This document shows positions 49,500 to 61,734 of a stretch of 64,000 nucleotides of DNA, piece by piece; the first letter of the stretch is position 1, and the number at the start of each line of letters is the position of its first letter. The DNA lies in the NCBI GenBank assembly GCA_951406725.2, contig OX597816.1, forward strand, positions 106,268,001 to 106,332,000, given 5' to 3'. This DNA is from Octopus vulgaris (lineage: Eukaryota). The position numbers and the translations under genes are program-made. The notes under the pieces are model-generated. The model ran no database searches. It saw only the letters and a program-made list of their open reading frames with translations, and was not told the DNA's origin.

Positions 49500-51824
49500 A
49501 TCAGGACTAGGAGTGACTTTAGGATCAGGACTAGGAGGACAACCAGAAGACGACAAATATGGAGAAGAAGGATCTGGAAGCTTAAAGATCCTGCAAATGG
49601 ACAGAGATTTAGGGACATATTACTTGAAGCCTCTGACGAAGTAGAAGGGGATAGAGCATCACAGGGGGTAGAAGACAGCTGGACGTTTCTAAGGGACAAC
49701 CTGCTGAGAGCCACTGACCAGATCTGTGGCTGGTGCAAAGTCCCCTCTCGACCTAGAATAACGTGGTGGTGGAACAATATTGTAGACAGGGCTATTAGAG
49801 AAAAGAGACAGGCTTGGAAGGTCTGGAAAAATGGGGGTTGCAGGGGATTGTATCAGACTGCCAAAAGAGAAGCTAGGAGACAGGTTTATTTAGCCAGAGG
49901 GGAAGCAGATAAGAAAAAATTTGCCAATGTTCTGCGCCGTGAGGACCAAAGACTGGAGGTGTTTCGTGTTGCAAGACAGTGTGTGAGAGAGAATCGTGAT
50001 GTGGTAGGAGAGAAGTGTGTTCGCATGGAAGATGGTTCACTTGCGCTAAATGAGGATGCAAAGAGAGAGGTTTGGAGATGCCACTATGAAAGGTTGCTGA
50101 ATGAAGAAAATGAATGGGATAAAGAGAGTCTGCCGAATGTTGACCCAACAGAGGGACCAGCTATCCGAGTTGATAGTTCCGTGGTAGCTAAGGCAATTAG
50201 AAGCATGAAGACAGGGAAAGCCCCAGGCCCATCAGGAATCACTGCAGAGATGCTCAAAATGTCTGGTAGTGTCGGCTATAGCCTAGTCACCCGTATAGTT
50301 AATCAGATGATACACAAAGAGGTCATACCCAATGACTGGTGTAGCAGTATAATAGTCAACTGCTACAAAGGTAAAGGTGATGCCCTAGATACAAATAACT
50401 ACAGAGGTATCAAGCTGTTGGACCAGGTGATGAAGGTTACGGAGAGGGTCATAGCCCAACTAATTAGAGAGAGAGTTAGTTTAGATGAGATGCAGTTTGG
50501 GTTTGTGCCAGGGAAAAGTACTACTGATGCTATATTCCTGGTAAGGCAGCTGCAGGAGAAATACCTAGCCAAAGATAAGCCCCTGTACCTGGCTTTTGTT
50601 GACATGGAGAAAGCCTTCGACAGGGTCCCCCGATCCCTTATCTGGTGGGCAATGAGGAAACTAGGGATAGATGAATGGTTAGTGAGAGCTGTGCGGGCCA
50701 TGTATAGGGACGCCGCTAGTAGGGTGAGGGTTGGAAATGTGTACAGTGAAGAATTCCGGGTAGAGGTAGGAGTCCACCAAGGCTCAGTACTCAGCCCCCT
50801 CCTATTTATCATAGTCCTCCAGGCAATAACGGAGGAATTCAAGACAGGATGCCCTTGGGAGCTCCTCTATGCTGATGACCTTGCTCTAATTGCTGAGTCG
50901 CTATCAGAACTGGAGGAGAAGTTTCAGGTGTGGAAACAAGGATTAGAATCGAAGGGCCTCAGAGTCAATCTAGCTAAAACCAAAGTCGTAATCAGTAGGA
51001 AGGTAGACAAATCACAAACACCTTCAGGTAGATGGCCCTGCTCGATCTGTAGAAAAGGTGTAGGTAGAAACTCTATAAGATGCACCAAGTGTAAGCTATG
51101 GACACATAAGAGATGCAGCAATGTCAAAGGAAGGCTAACTAGGAAGATGGTTTTTGTATGTGGCAGATGCTCAGGAACAATAAACACTGAAAATGCTCTG
51201 AGACCAACTTCCGTCACTTTCCAGGGAGAAAAACTAGAAATAGTTGATAGTTTCCGTTACCTAGGTGACCAAGTCAGCAGCGGGGGCGGGTGTGCTGAAA
51301 GTGTAACTGCTAGAGTAAGAATAGCTTGGGCAAAGTTCAGAGAGCTCTTACCTCTGCTGGTGACAAAAGGCCTCTCGCACAGAGTGAAAGGCAGACTGTA
51401 TGATGCGTGTGTACGAACAGCCATGCTACATGGCAGTGAAACATGGGCCGTGACTGCTGAGGATATGCGTAAGCTCGCTAGAAATGAAGCCAGTATGCTC
51501 CGATGGATGTGTAATGCCGGTACTCACACTCGGCAGAGTGTAAGTACCTTGAGAGAAAAGCTGGACCTAAGAAGCATCAGTTGTGGTGTGCAAGAGAGAC
51601 GTTTGCGCTGGTATGGTCATGTGGCGAGAATGGATGAAGATAGTTGTGTGAAAAAGTGCCACACCCTAGCGGTTGAGGGAACCTGTGGAAGAGGCAGACC
51701 CAGGAAAACCTGGGACGAGGTGGTGAAGCACGACCTTCGAACTTTAGGTCTCACTGAGGAAATGACTAGAGACCGAGACCTCTGGAGGTGTGCTGTGCGC
51801 GAGAAGACCCGGCAGGACAAGTGA
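49498..51824 (+). CDS. RTE reverse transcriptase ORF (5'-truncated) with an internal PHD finger
   Basis: ORF 49404-51824 of the track; its first ~31 codons are SINE/TA read-through. PHD pattern C-x2-C-x10-C-x2-C-x4-H-x2-C-x14-C-x2-C at 51039-51170. Confidence 0.9.
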
Positions 51825-52439
51825 GTCCATAACCCGTGGCCTTCTACATGGGATGGAGCCAGCCTACGTATGCATACCTTCCCTTCTTGGGACACAAAAC
51901 TCTACTTGTGAAGACGTGTTGAGGCAAGTGAGGATCAGAATCGAAATCGATCAATGGAAATTGCGGATGTGCTACCAGTGCCGGTGGCATGTCAAAACTC
52001 TGCTTGTGAAGACCCGTTGAGGCAAGTGAGGATCAGAATCGAAATCGATCAATGGAAATCGATCAATGGAAATTGCAGATGTGTTACCAGTGCCGGTGGC
52101 ATGTAAGAGAACTTTCCGTTTCGCGACCGTTGCCAGCACCGCCCCGTTTCGTGTCCGTTGCCAGCCTCGCCTGGCCCTCGTGCCGGTGGCACATAAAAAG
52201 CACCATCCGTTCGTGGCCGTTTGCCAGCTCTGTCTGGCACCAGTGCGGGTGGCACGTAAAAAGCACCCACTACACTCACGGAGTGGTTGGCGTTAGGAAG
52301 GGCATCCAGCCGTAGAAACACTGCCAGATTTGACTGGGCCTGATGAAGCCTTCTGGCTTCACAGACCCCAGTAGAACCGTCCAACCCATGCTAGCATGGA
52401 AAACGGACGCTAAACGATGATGATGATGATGATGATGAT
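49498..52439 (+). mobile_element. Young 5'-truncated RTE-clade LINE (open ORF, 3' UTR, (GAT)8 tail), nested in the (TA)n tract of a SINE
   Basis: About 775 uninterrupted codons to TGA at 51824. Motifs: GKAPGPSG, NYRGIKLL, QFGFVPGKSTTDAIF, AFVDMEKAFDRV, GVHQGSVLSPLLF, YADD (50868-50879), FRYLG, and the RTE C-terminus RLRWYGHVARM/GRGRPRKTW. No endonuclease domain. Ends ccatgctagcatgg...taaac(gat)8 with TA repeats on both sides. Confidence 0.96.
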
Positions 52440-52668
52440 ATATATATATATATATACATATATACGATGGGCTTCTTTCAGTTTCCGATTACCAAATCCA
52501 CTCACAAGGCTTTGGTCGGCCCGAGGCTATTGTAGAAGACACTTGCCCAAGGTGCCACGCAGTGGGACTGAACCACATGGTTCCGGGTTCAGTCCCACTA
52601 CGTGGCACCGAACCCGGAACCATGTGGTTGGTATGCAAGCTACTTACCACACAGCCACTCCTGCACCT
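52440..52668 (-). mobile_element. tRNA-like SINE family A, 5' half (split by the RTE insertion)
   Basis: (TA)n-cgatgggcttctttcagtttcc...cttgcccaaggtgccacgcagtgggactgaacc...ttaccacacagccactcctgcacc; A-box-like TGGCTGTGTGGT and B-box-like GGTTCAGTCC on the minus strand. Confidence 0.9.
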
Positions 52669-55600
52669 ATATATTCACCTTCTTGCAAACTTGGTACACC
52701 CTGATATCTTCTCACCATCATCTTTTCTCTATAGTAAGACACCTGTTCCTAACACATTTTAGCCTCTTAACACTTGGTGCAAAGCCACATCCTGCACTCT
52801 GATTCAGTCAAGAGGTCTTGTTTTGCAAATTAGTGAGCGACCTCATTAGTGCTGGTGCTACAGAAAAAAGCACCAATACACTCTGTGAAGTGGTTCACAT
52901 TAGGAAGGGCATAAAAAAAAGCAAGGATTTATACAAACAAATGAAATTTAAGTAGAAATATATTTACACTCAATTACTTTTAGATGTTGGGCACTTAGAG
53001 TATAAACATTCTTATATATTTTATACCATTTTATCTTGTAGCTTCAAGATTTCGATGATATTATTTTTTTTTTTTAGAATGACATTGTAGGGTAGGTATG
53101 AGAAGCCAAATCTAGATGGTTTGAACATAAAACAAGGTAGAACATTTGGGTCAGATATGACAAGTTTAAATGCTAAAGGGTTAAGGTGGGCTTCAATGAT
53201 TTGGCTGCTATTTCTTGCTGGTTGAACAACTACATTGAGGCTTCCTTATTGGCTTGTATTTGCCAGTATATACAAGTGTGTTGAGTCCATTGGACATGTA
53301 CATCATACAAATAATACACATTTGCTGGAACTGATGTGGCATTTTGCTTAGATAAGAGTATCCTTTTCCCTATCTATACACCCATCACAGCTTTTAGTCT
53401 TTAATAAATCCAGTGTTGATAATAATGTTGGAAAGATGGCTGAATCAGTAGAGCAACAAACAATATCCATAGTGGTATTTGGATACAACCCTTAACTCTT
53501 TTGATACCAACTTACCTATGACCACCCTTGGTTCTATAATGTAAAGTCTCTGTTTTAAAGTGATCTAGCTTAAAAAGTTTCATCAAAATTGCTTGTTAAT
53601 TTATGTTCCTAACACCAGATTAACATAGTTATTTTACTAAATTCTTCATTATTTTCAAAATTTATTTAAACAAAGGCAGGGTATTTCAATAGAAATATGG
53701 TAATGAAAGTTAAAACCTGTCTGATATGGTTTAGTTAGGTTTCCCTTACCTTTCATCTTTCCACAGTCAACTGAATAAGTGCTGGTGTCACTAGAATTTA
53801 CTATACTCTAGAAGGTAATATTCCAGTATGGTCTGTGTTCATTGTCTGAGGTTTTTCTCCAGCCATACTTTCTACTTGTTTATTTCCAACTTAGCTCTCA
53901 GAAAATATTTTAATTATCAATGATTTCCATTAAAAAAAAATAGTTTACTGATGGAACTGTAAGTTATTTAGGTGAGAACATTTGTTTTAAATAATTGTCC
54001 ATTAAGAAGCTGCTTCTGCATTCTTCACCTTGGATAAACAATGGAATTTTTTTTTTCTAGTAGTCAAACATTACTTATAAATATTGTAAAGTTTATTGTC
54101 TGTTATGTTTTCCATCTTGGAGCTTCATGGTCATCAATAAAATAGTTTAGAGATTAACTTAAGAAACTATTCTTCTTTGGTGCCTGTCTTAAGTCAAGGA
54201 CCAATGCTTCTTAATCAGCATCAAACATGATTTCTTCAGTCTTGGATTAATTCTAAATACTCTGTATAATTGAAAATAGTTTGTTTCTAATTTCTTACTC
54301 ACAAAACTAGTTTACCGCTTGCCTGCCTGAGATATCTCTTTGGAATATGTGACACAGAGTCAATTACTAGACTGTGCAATTTATCTGATCCTCTTCACTG
54401 CTCTCAGAATGTTATCTTCGTGTTAGTGTGTTGTCTTGGTTACTGAATCACTTAGAATTTTGTCTGAACTACTTGTTCTTGTTGATTTTGGCTATCAAGT
54501 CACCATGTTATTTATTCTTATACATGTGATGTAAAGATTTTCTTCTTTTTTTTCTGTTGAGATGGAAAACATAAATATGGCATTTATTGAAAGAGTATTG
54601 TTTAATATGTTTCTTATATAGTCAAAGGTTTACAAGAAAGGAGTTAGGAAGTGCCTAGACAGTGACACTTTTTTCAAGAGCGTTAGGGATATTAGGGAAA
54701 CTGATTCATCTAAAATCTAAAATTGCTTCAATCTTTTCCTGAGAAATTACTGCCCCAATATTTTGTTGTATCTGTGTGTGTGAGTGTGTTGGCTGTATAT
54801 CATACTTAAAGTATATATAGTGTTAAAAACACACATCAACAGCAGATGAAAATTGTTCAGCAACAACAGTGGCATTGCTACTTCTTTGAGCTTCATCAAT
54901 AGCAGGTATCACTAGCATCATATGCTTAGCAAAAATCAACTGTTTGCTGATGTAATTAAACAGAGATTGAAAGGTCACTGATTTCACATGTTTGAGCTTC
55001 AACATGTGTTATTGTTTAGCCATGGTTGAGCCCTTGGTCAACTCTGATTGAACAAACCTATGATCAAAGGCATTCTATATTTACACACTCTGTTTAAAGT
55101 AATTTATACATACATTTACTGTTCGGTCTTAATATGATCATCACTACATCACTAAAAAGCAATAAGATCTCAGTTCAGTTATTGAGATTACAGGCTCTGA
55201 AATTGACATGAGAAATTTTATTAAATGATGTAATTTTCAGTGTTAGAATAATGAAGAAACCTCAAGCAAATCTCACCTATAACATCAAATACAGATTCAA
55301 AACAAATGTTTGCAAAATAGACATGCATAATTCAAAACAATACATGTGTTGTCATCATCATCATCATCATCATCATCATTATCATACAGCCACTTTCCAT
55401 ATTGGTGTTGTGATTAGGTTATGTGTCAGTTCTCTCATACAGAGTTTGTGCTCCCTTGATGGGTCAAAGGATCACATGTGCATGTTTCACTTTGGGCTTG
55501 ATTTCTATAGTTGGCTGACCTTCCTATCACAAACCACTTTACTAAGTATATTGATTGCATTTTATTGTAGTACTAACACAACAGAGAGTGTCATATCCTT

Positions 55601-57513
55601 GATAAGATTTAGAAGTCGTATCAACATAATTTCTTTTTTCTTTCTTTCAAAAGCCTGGAACTAGAGTATATTATGCTTGGTGTACTGGGATTTAATAAAC
55701 CAGCTACCATTTGTTAGTATTAATATTGTCTGGTGGTGTTAGTGGCGTGACTGATATATTTTTGATGACTAGAAAAGGCACAAAAAAAACAAAATGCTTT
55801 GCATATTCCTAAAGAGTTTTTTCATGGTACATGATTCTTACTGATATATCTGTTTTAGTATGTTTAGATAATACGAGAATAGTCTTTTCTTTGTCTGCTC
55901 CTTGTAGAACCTTGCTATTTCTATATGTGTCTTCCAAATCTTCTTATGCAATCCTTTCTATCAGCTTCCATCTTTCTTTATTTCTGCTAATGCTCCCCTA
56001 TTCAAGATTGAAAGCTTTGTTTTATTCTATTCTCTGTTAATATTTCGTAAAATAAATGCTTTACATGACAGAGCTGCCAATCACACACACCTCAACCTGT
56101 AGAACCAAGTTTGTATGTAGCAGACTTTTACTCTGCCAGGCCTACTGACAAATAGTAGGTACCTTTCTTTGAGCCTTTAATGGGGACTTCATATTTACAA
56201 AGGGAAAAATACAATGGTGTTTATATAGAAAGATCAAGGGTCATGTTTAGTTAGGTAAACAAATATTTCACTTGCTTATCAAAGTATTACATTATAGAAG
56301 TATGGCCTACAATTGTAAATTTCAGTAAAAAAGAGGGTGCATATTTTAGCATAATTAAGGAGGGTGGAGCTGCATGGTCTAGTGGCTAGGGGAGTTGCAC
56401 TTACAATCATGAGAGTGTGGTTTCAATCTTAGACCGGTTGTATTCTTGAACAAGGCTCATTGTTGCTCCACTCTACTCAGCTGTAAATGGGTAACCCTAC
56501 AACAGACTAGTCTTCCAATCAGGGACATTGTTGGTCTACTTGCCTAGCTAGTAGAGTAGCATCATTCAAAAACTAAAATGATGCAAAGTGCATTGTGATT
56601 AGCAATGTATAGCATCTGATAGTCTGGTTGATGCCGTAATAATTAAGGATATAATGCTTAAGAGAGAGAGAGACAGTTAATAGATAACTGTACAAAGAGT
56701 TTGAGGTTTCAAAATGAAGCAATAGAAAAATGTATGCCCTTTGAATATGAGAACATTCATGTTACATAAGAATTAAAACCAATCCAAATATCCTAAGTTG
56801 TAATTTTCAGTGTTTAGAAAATATGAGTATAGCTGCTGATTTCATTGGAAAGGTACCAACCATTAGCACTACGTTGAATCTGTAACAGAGACTATTAATT
56901 CACAATGCCTCAGCATAATATTGTAGACATTGCTATATAACTAAAGACTTTCATGAGTTTATCCTGCTAATCTGAAATCTTTGCAAGGGTAACATCTGTA
57001 TTAAACTGGTGTCTTCTTTTACAAAGTTTGAGGTACTTCTCACTTTTCTTGAAGCATAACAATGCTCTGATACCATTTGGGGATTCAATGAGGAAACCTA
57101 TACTTGATCACTCAACCTGCTAGAAATAACAACCCAGTATCCCATAAATAACATCTTAAGGAAAGAAAGGATGCATTTGATAATATAGTTCTGAACACAC
57201 TAATTTTGAAAAACAAATAGGAAATAATTATGGCAGGAATGTTCTTGATCATAATTCTGATCAACCAGACCTAATTAATGACAACAACTATATAATGATA
57301 GCAGTGGATAAAAGAAAAGTGAAAAATACATATTGAAGCATAACATTTCTAGTATAGCATATTACTTGATGATGTCACATACCTTGCGACACTCCACCAT
57401 TTTGTCTTTTGCTTCAACAATTACTACAGAGTTTGTTAAAGATTGTTGTATCCAAATTCTTGGATACTATTGTGAAACCATGGTACAATAATAACTAGAA
57501 TCATAATATCATA

Positions 57514-57733
57514 TATGAAGTGTGCTGAAAAGTTCCTGGCTTTAAGGGTATAGCGAAAGGTCTGGTTGGTGGTACAACTTCCCGAGTTAGTTCTTTTACA
57601 GGGTTTAGAAAAACTGAAGGACTGCTGCAATAAGTGTGTGAATCTGAGGAAATATGTTTGATAAAATCATAATTAACTGATCCTCCTGTATTTTCTTTTA
57701 CCCAAAGCAAGGAATCTTTCAGCACCCCCTCAT
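57514..57733. mobile_element. Mariner-derived MITE
   Basis: gtgctgaaaagttcctggcttt ... aaagcaaggaatctttcagcaccccct; shorter copy at 22428-22570. Confidence 0.75.
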
Positions 57734-57812
57734 GTGTGTGTATATATGTGTATGTGTGTGCAGCACTATCCGTGTGGAATATATATATATATACTTTCTT
57801 ATCTAATTTCAG

Positions 57813-58339
57813 CCTCAACTGAAATCCATCAAAGGCCTAACAAATCTGAACGTAATAAGACTAATGGTCATTCAGAATATCCAAACAATATTGCTGTAGT
57901 CAATTCACAACAGAGTTCTGTAAGTACTAGTCCCGTTGGCTCTCCAGCAAATGACCTCAAAGAAGACAAAATTTTATTAGCTAAAAAACTTCTGCACCCT
58001 GTAAGCCCACAGCTGTCATCTAAATGCATGATAGAAGAACTTGGAGAATCTAAAAAGTTGAAAGAACTCGAGATAGAAAGGACAGACTTTGCTTCAACTA
58101 AACCTAACTTTGTCAACCCTACTTGTTTGTCTGAGTGGGGCTCATGCAATGCAGACTTGACGGCCAAGAATTCACATGAACGATCAAATGGATTGAGAGA
58201 ATCTGCCAGTGAGTCTGGTTATTCTGTTAGCAGTCCTATTTCTCCAAGGTCTCCTTCAATTGTAAATGGTTATGATCAGAATGAAAATCAGTCACTGGAT
58301 TATGGTTACCAACATCTAGAAGATAAATTACAATTTCAG
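57813..58339 (+). CDS. WDCP: WDCP exon, 527 nt Ser/Pro-rich disordered region leading into the coiled coil
   Basis: tttcag|CC..CAG|gtaagc; open frame within ORF 57734-58399 (STEIHQRPNKSE...MIEELGE...SPISPRSP...LEDKLQFQ). Phases 1/0. Confidence 0.88.
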
Positions 58340-58500
58340 GTAAGCTGTTTTCAGAACTTCAATGTTGCTTTGAGAAAATTTTATCATTTGACATTGTAGA
58401 CATGTTATTTCTGACATCAATTTTCTAAATGTTCAATGAGTATAAAAATTTGACTTCTTGCATTAGTTGTTGAAAACTTGTTTTAATAATTTCTGAGTGT

Positions 58501-58725
58501 AAGGTAGCAAGCTGGCAGAATCATTAGCGTGCCATGTAAAATGCTTAGCAACATTTTGTCCATCTTTATGTTCTGAATTCAAATTCCGCTGGGGTCAACT
58601 TTGCTTTTCATCCTTTTGGAGTTTGATAAAAGGAATATCAGTTGAACATTGACATTGATATAATCAACTTAGCCCCCCCCCCCCAAAAAAAATTTACTGG
58701 CCATGTGCCAAAATTTGAGACTTAT
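58501..58725 (+). mobile_element. SINE family B
   Basis: aaggtagcaagctggcagaatcattagc..ttctgaattcaaattccgc..gtgccaaaatttga. A further three-unit train lies at ~59295-59715. Confidence 0.8.
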
Positions 58726-60855
58726 AATTTCTGTGTGTTATGTCATAATTTTTAACACTGTCATAAATCCATAAAATTTAGAGGCAGTCTCAGTCATTTA
58801 AAATGATTCCAATATTTGACTGGTACTTATTTTATTGACATGTAAATGCTGAAAGATAAAATCAGATTCAGCAGAATTGGAACCTAAAAGCTAAAGCTAT
58901 GCAACTAAATGCTGTTTCTGTCACTCATCACCCTTGCTTTTACCATTCATGTATGATATGGCAGTGTTTCTTTCTTACAGAACAATACTCATTAAAATCA
59001 TTTTGTCTTTCCAATCTGATCTAAAGACAGATTGAAAATAGCTATAACACATTACTTCACTTGGTCCACAATCTGTTTTAAGCTGCCCAGTACTTTCTAT
59101 AAAATGGTTGACATTAGGAAGGGCATCCAGCTATAGAAACCAAGCCAAAAGAGATTATGGAACCTGGTGCAACCCCTGGTCTTGCCTTGAAAAACAGACA
59201 TTAAATGATGATGATGATGACAATGATTTGTTTTCTTGCATGAAGAAATCAAAAAATTCTCAATAATGCAGTGCACCTGAGCACTGAATACAATAATCCT
59301 TTCATCCTTTCAATGTTGATACAATAAGTACCAATTGAGCACTGGGATTAATATAATCGACTTACTCCCTCCCCCAAAATTGCTAGCATTGTGCCAAAAT
59401 TTGAAACCACTGATGATGATGATGAACAACAACAACAACAGACAAAATCATTAGAATGTCAGAAAAAATGCTTTGTGATATTTGTGCCAGTTCTTTAATT
59501 CTGATTTCAAACCCTGTTGAGGTCAATTTGGTTTTCATCCTTTCAGGGTCAATAAAATAAACTTACTCTCCAAAATTGCTGGCCTTGTGCTAAAATTAGA
59601 AAGGATTGTTATTGTTATTATCATTCAGGCAGTGAACTGGCAGAATCTTTAAGCATGCTGGGCAAAATGTTTGGCAGTATTTCTTCTGGAATTATGTTCT
59701 AAGTTCAAATGCTACTATATCAGCAACCAGCTTATGCTCATTTGCAGCTGAGTAAAATGAGCCACCTGAGATGAAATGTTTTACTCATAGACACAAGTCC
59801 AGGAAATGAACCCATGACCTTACAATTATGAATTGGACATCCTAACCATTGGGCCACATGCCTTCATAACTGTTAACTGTAAATACAAACAGCTCTAACT
59901 GCAACCAAGACATGTAATGACTAACAACTATTTTGATAGATCACTTAATCTGGTTGAGGTAACAGTCACATTTCCACATCCTGCTGTCTTTAAAAAATAA
60001 ATAGTAGATAATGTATTCCAAGATAGACTATTCCTAGAAGAAAAAAGTAGGATTGTTAGGTCAGCACCTATGACACTTTTCAAGGCTTTTGAGATTAGTG
60101 GAGGAATGTAGGATGTTACCCTCACAATGGGGACCTGATTTGAATCCTTGTGCCCAAGAACCAGATAGTTCAACATTAGCTGTTAAACAACCTGGTCCTT
60201 GAGTACAGGGATTCAAGCAAGGTTTCTGATTAGGATAATCAAGGTACCATGGATTGAATGCTTTTAGTCATAGATTTACATGACAGTAGCTTACTTCGAG
60301 GTAAGGTCAATAACCATTTCATATGCTGAGGAAGAAAGGAGAGAAAGAGTGGTTGAAATCTTTCAACTATTTGACTTTATGGAAATTGGGATAAGCTCAA
60401 CACATCATGATAATATAGTAGTGGTTCAAAACAGGAATAATTTTTTTTTAATAATTATTTACATATTTACTATTAAATATTGGATAGTCTATCATTATTA
60501 TCATCTTCATTTAACATCCATTTTCTATGCTAGCATGGGTTGGATGGTTTGACAGGAGCTGGCAAGATGGAGAGCTACACCAGGCTTTAATTGTCTGTTT
60601 TGGCATGGATTCTACTCGGTTATCCTTCCTAACACCAACCACTTTACAGAGTGTACTGGGTGCTTTATACATGGCACCAACATAAAAAAAAAGAATTTCT
60701 GATACCAGACCTATTTCCATTCATCTTAACTTTAATTTTCCTTATTTAAAATTTTTACAATCAAATGGAGTGAATTAAACTTGTGACAAGCTATTTCAAC
60801 TGTTTTACATGAAAATGTTTTTATAATAACTGATTTTTTCTTCAATATTTTACAG

Positions 60856-60902
60856 AATAACCAAATTGCTGAACTGGAGAAGAAAATTGAGGAACTAAAG
60901 AG
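60856..60902 (+). CDS. WDCP: WDCP exon, coiled coil
   Basis: tttacag|AAT..AG|gttata; NNQIAELEKKIEELK with heptad pattern. Phases 0/2. Confidence 0.82.
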
Positions 60903-61734
60903 GTTATATATTTATTTTCCATCTAATTTATATAATCTTACTCTTGTGATAAATTTATTTAGTTTAATTTATACTTGTTTCTCTTTAACATTTAAATTAT
61001 TGTCAAATGTAATGTTTATTTATTTACATTACTTTGAATTAATCATGCATTATCTCGTAGCTTTGAGATTTTCATAATGTGATTGTTTATTTTTAAAATG
61101 GCATTGTAGGGTTGGTGTGAGAGGTCAAATCTAGCCAGTTTGAACATAAAACAGGTAGAATATTTTGATCTGATATGTCTGATATGCCTTTAGTATTAAG
61201 ATTACTCAGTTAAATGTAATGCTTATTTAAATTGTTTATTTTTAGAATACCATTTTAGGGTAGGTATGTGAGATAGGATCTGGTTGATTTGAACATAAAA
61301 CAGAATATTTGGGGCTGGGTAAAGTCAATTTCAATAGTTAAATGCTAAAAGGTTAAGCTAGTTTTGTGTGTCAAACTTATTGCCAAATATTTTAAAACTT
61401 TGGTTCTAATTTCTCTCTGAATGAACATAGCTTTTGACCCATCTGGAATTAACATTCATCATTATTTAACATCACTTTCCATGTTAGCATCTGAAATGAA
61501 TGTATACTTAAGTAATCAGTATTCATGAAAGAGAGTGTTAGCTACAGTATTTATCAGTAAGCCAATCACTTAAAAAAAATTAAAAATACATAATATATAA
61601 CAGAAAGCAGAACTGTATTTTTGTAATTGATAAGTATAGTTGAGTATGTGTGTAACAGTGTGTTTCAGTGAATATAGACTTCCAAATTCAGTGTGTTTTG
61701 TAATGCATAATGATACTGTTATATATATATATAT

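Noticed and set aside
52560-52668. tRNA gene
   Set aside because: A/B-box-like motifs belong to a SINE head; no complete cloverleaf.
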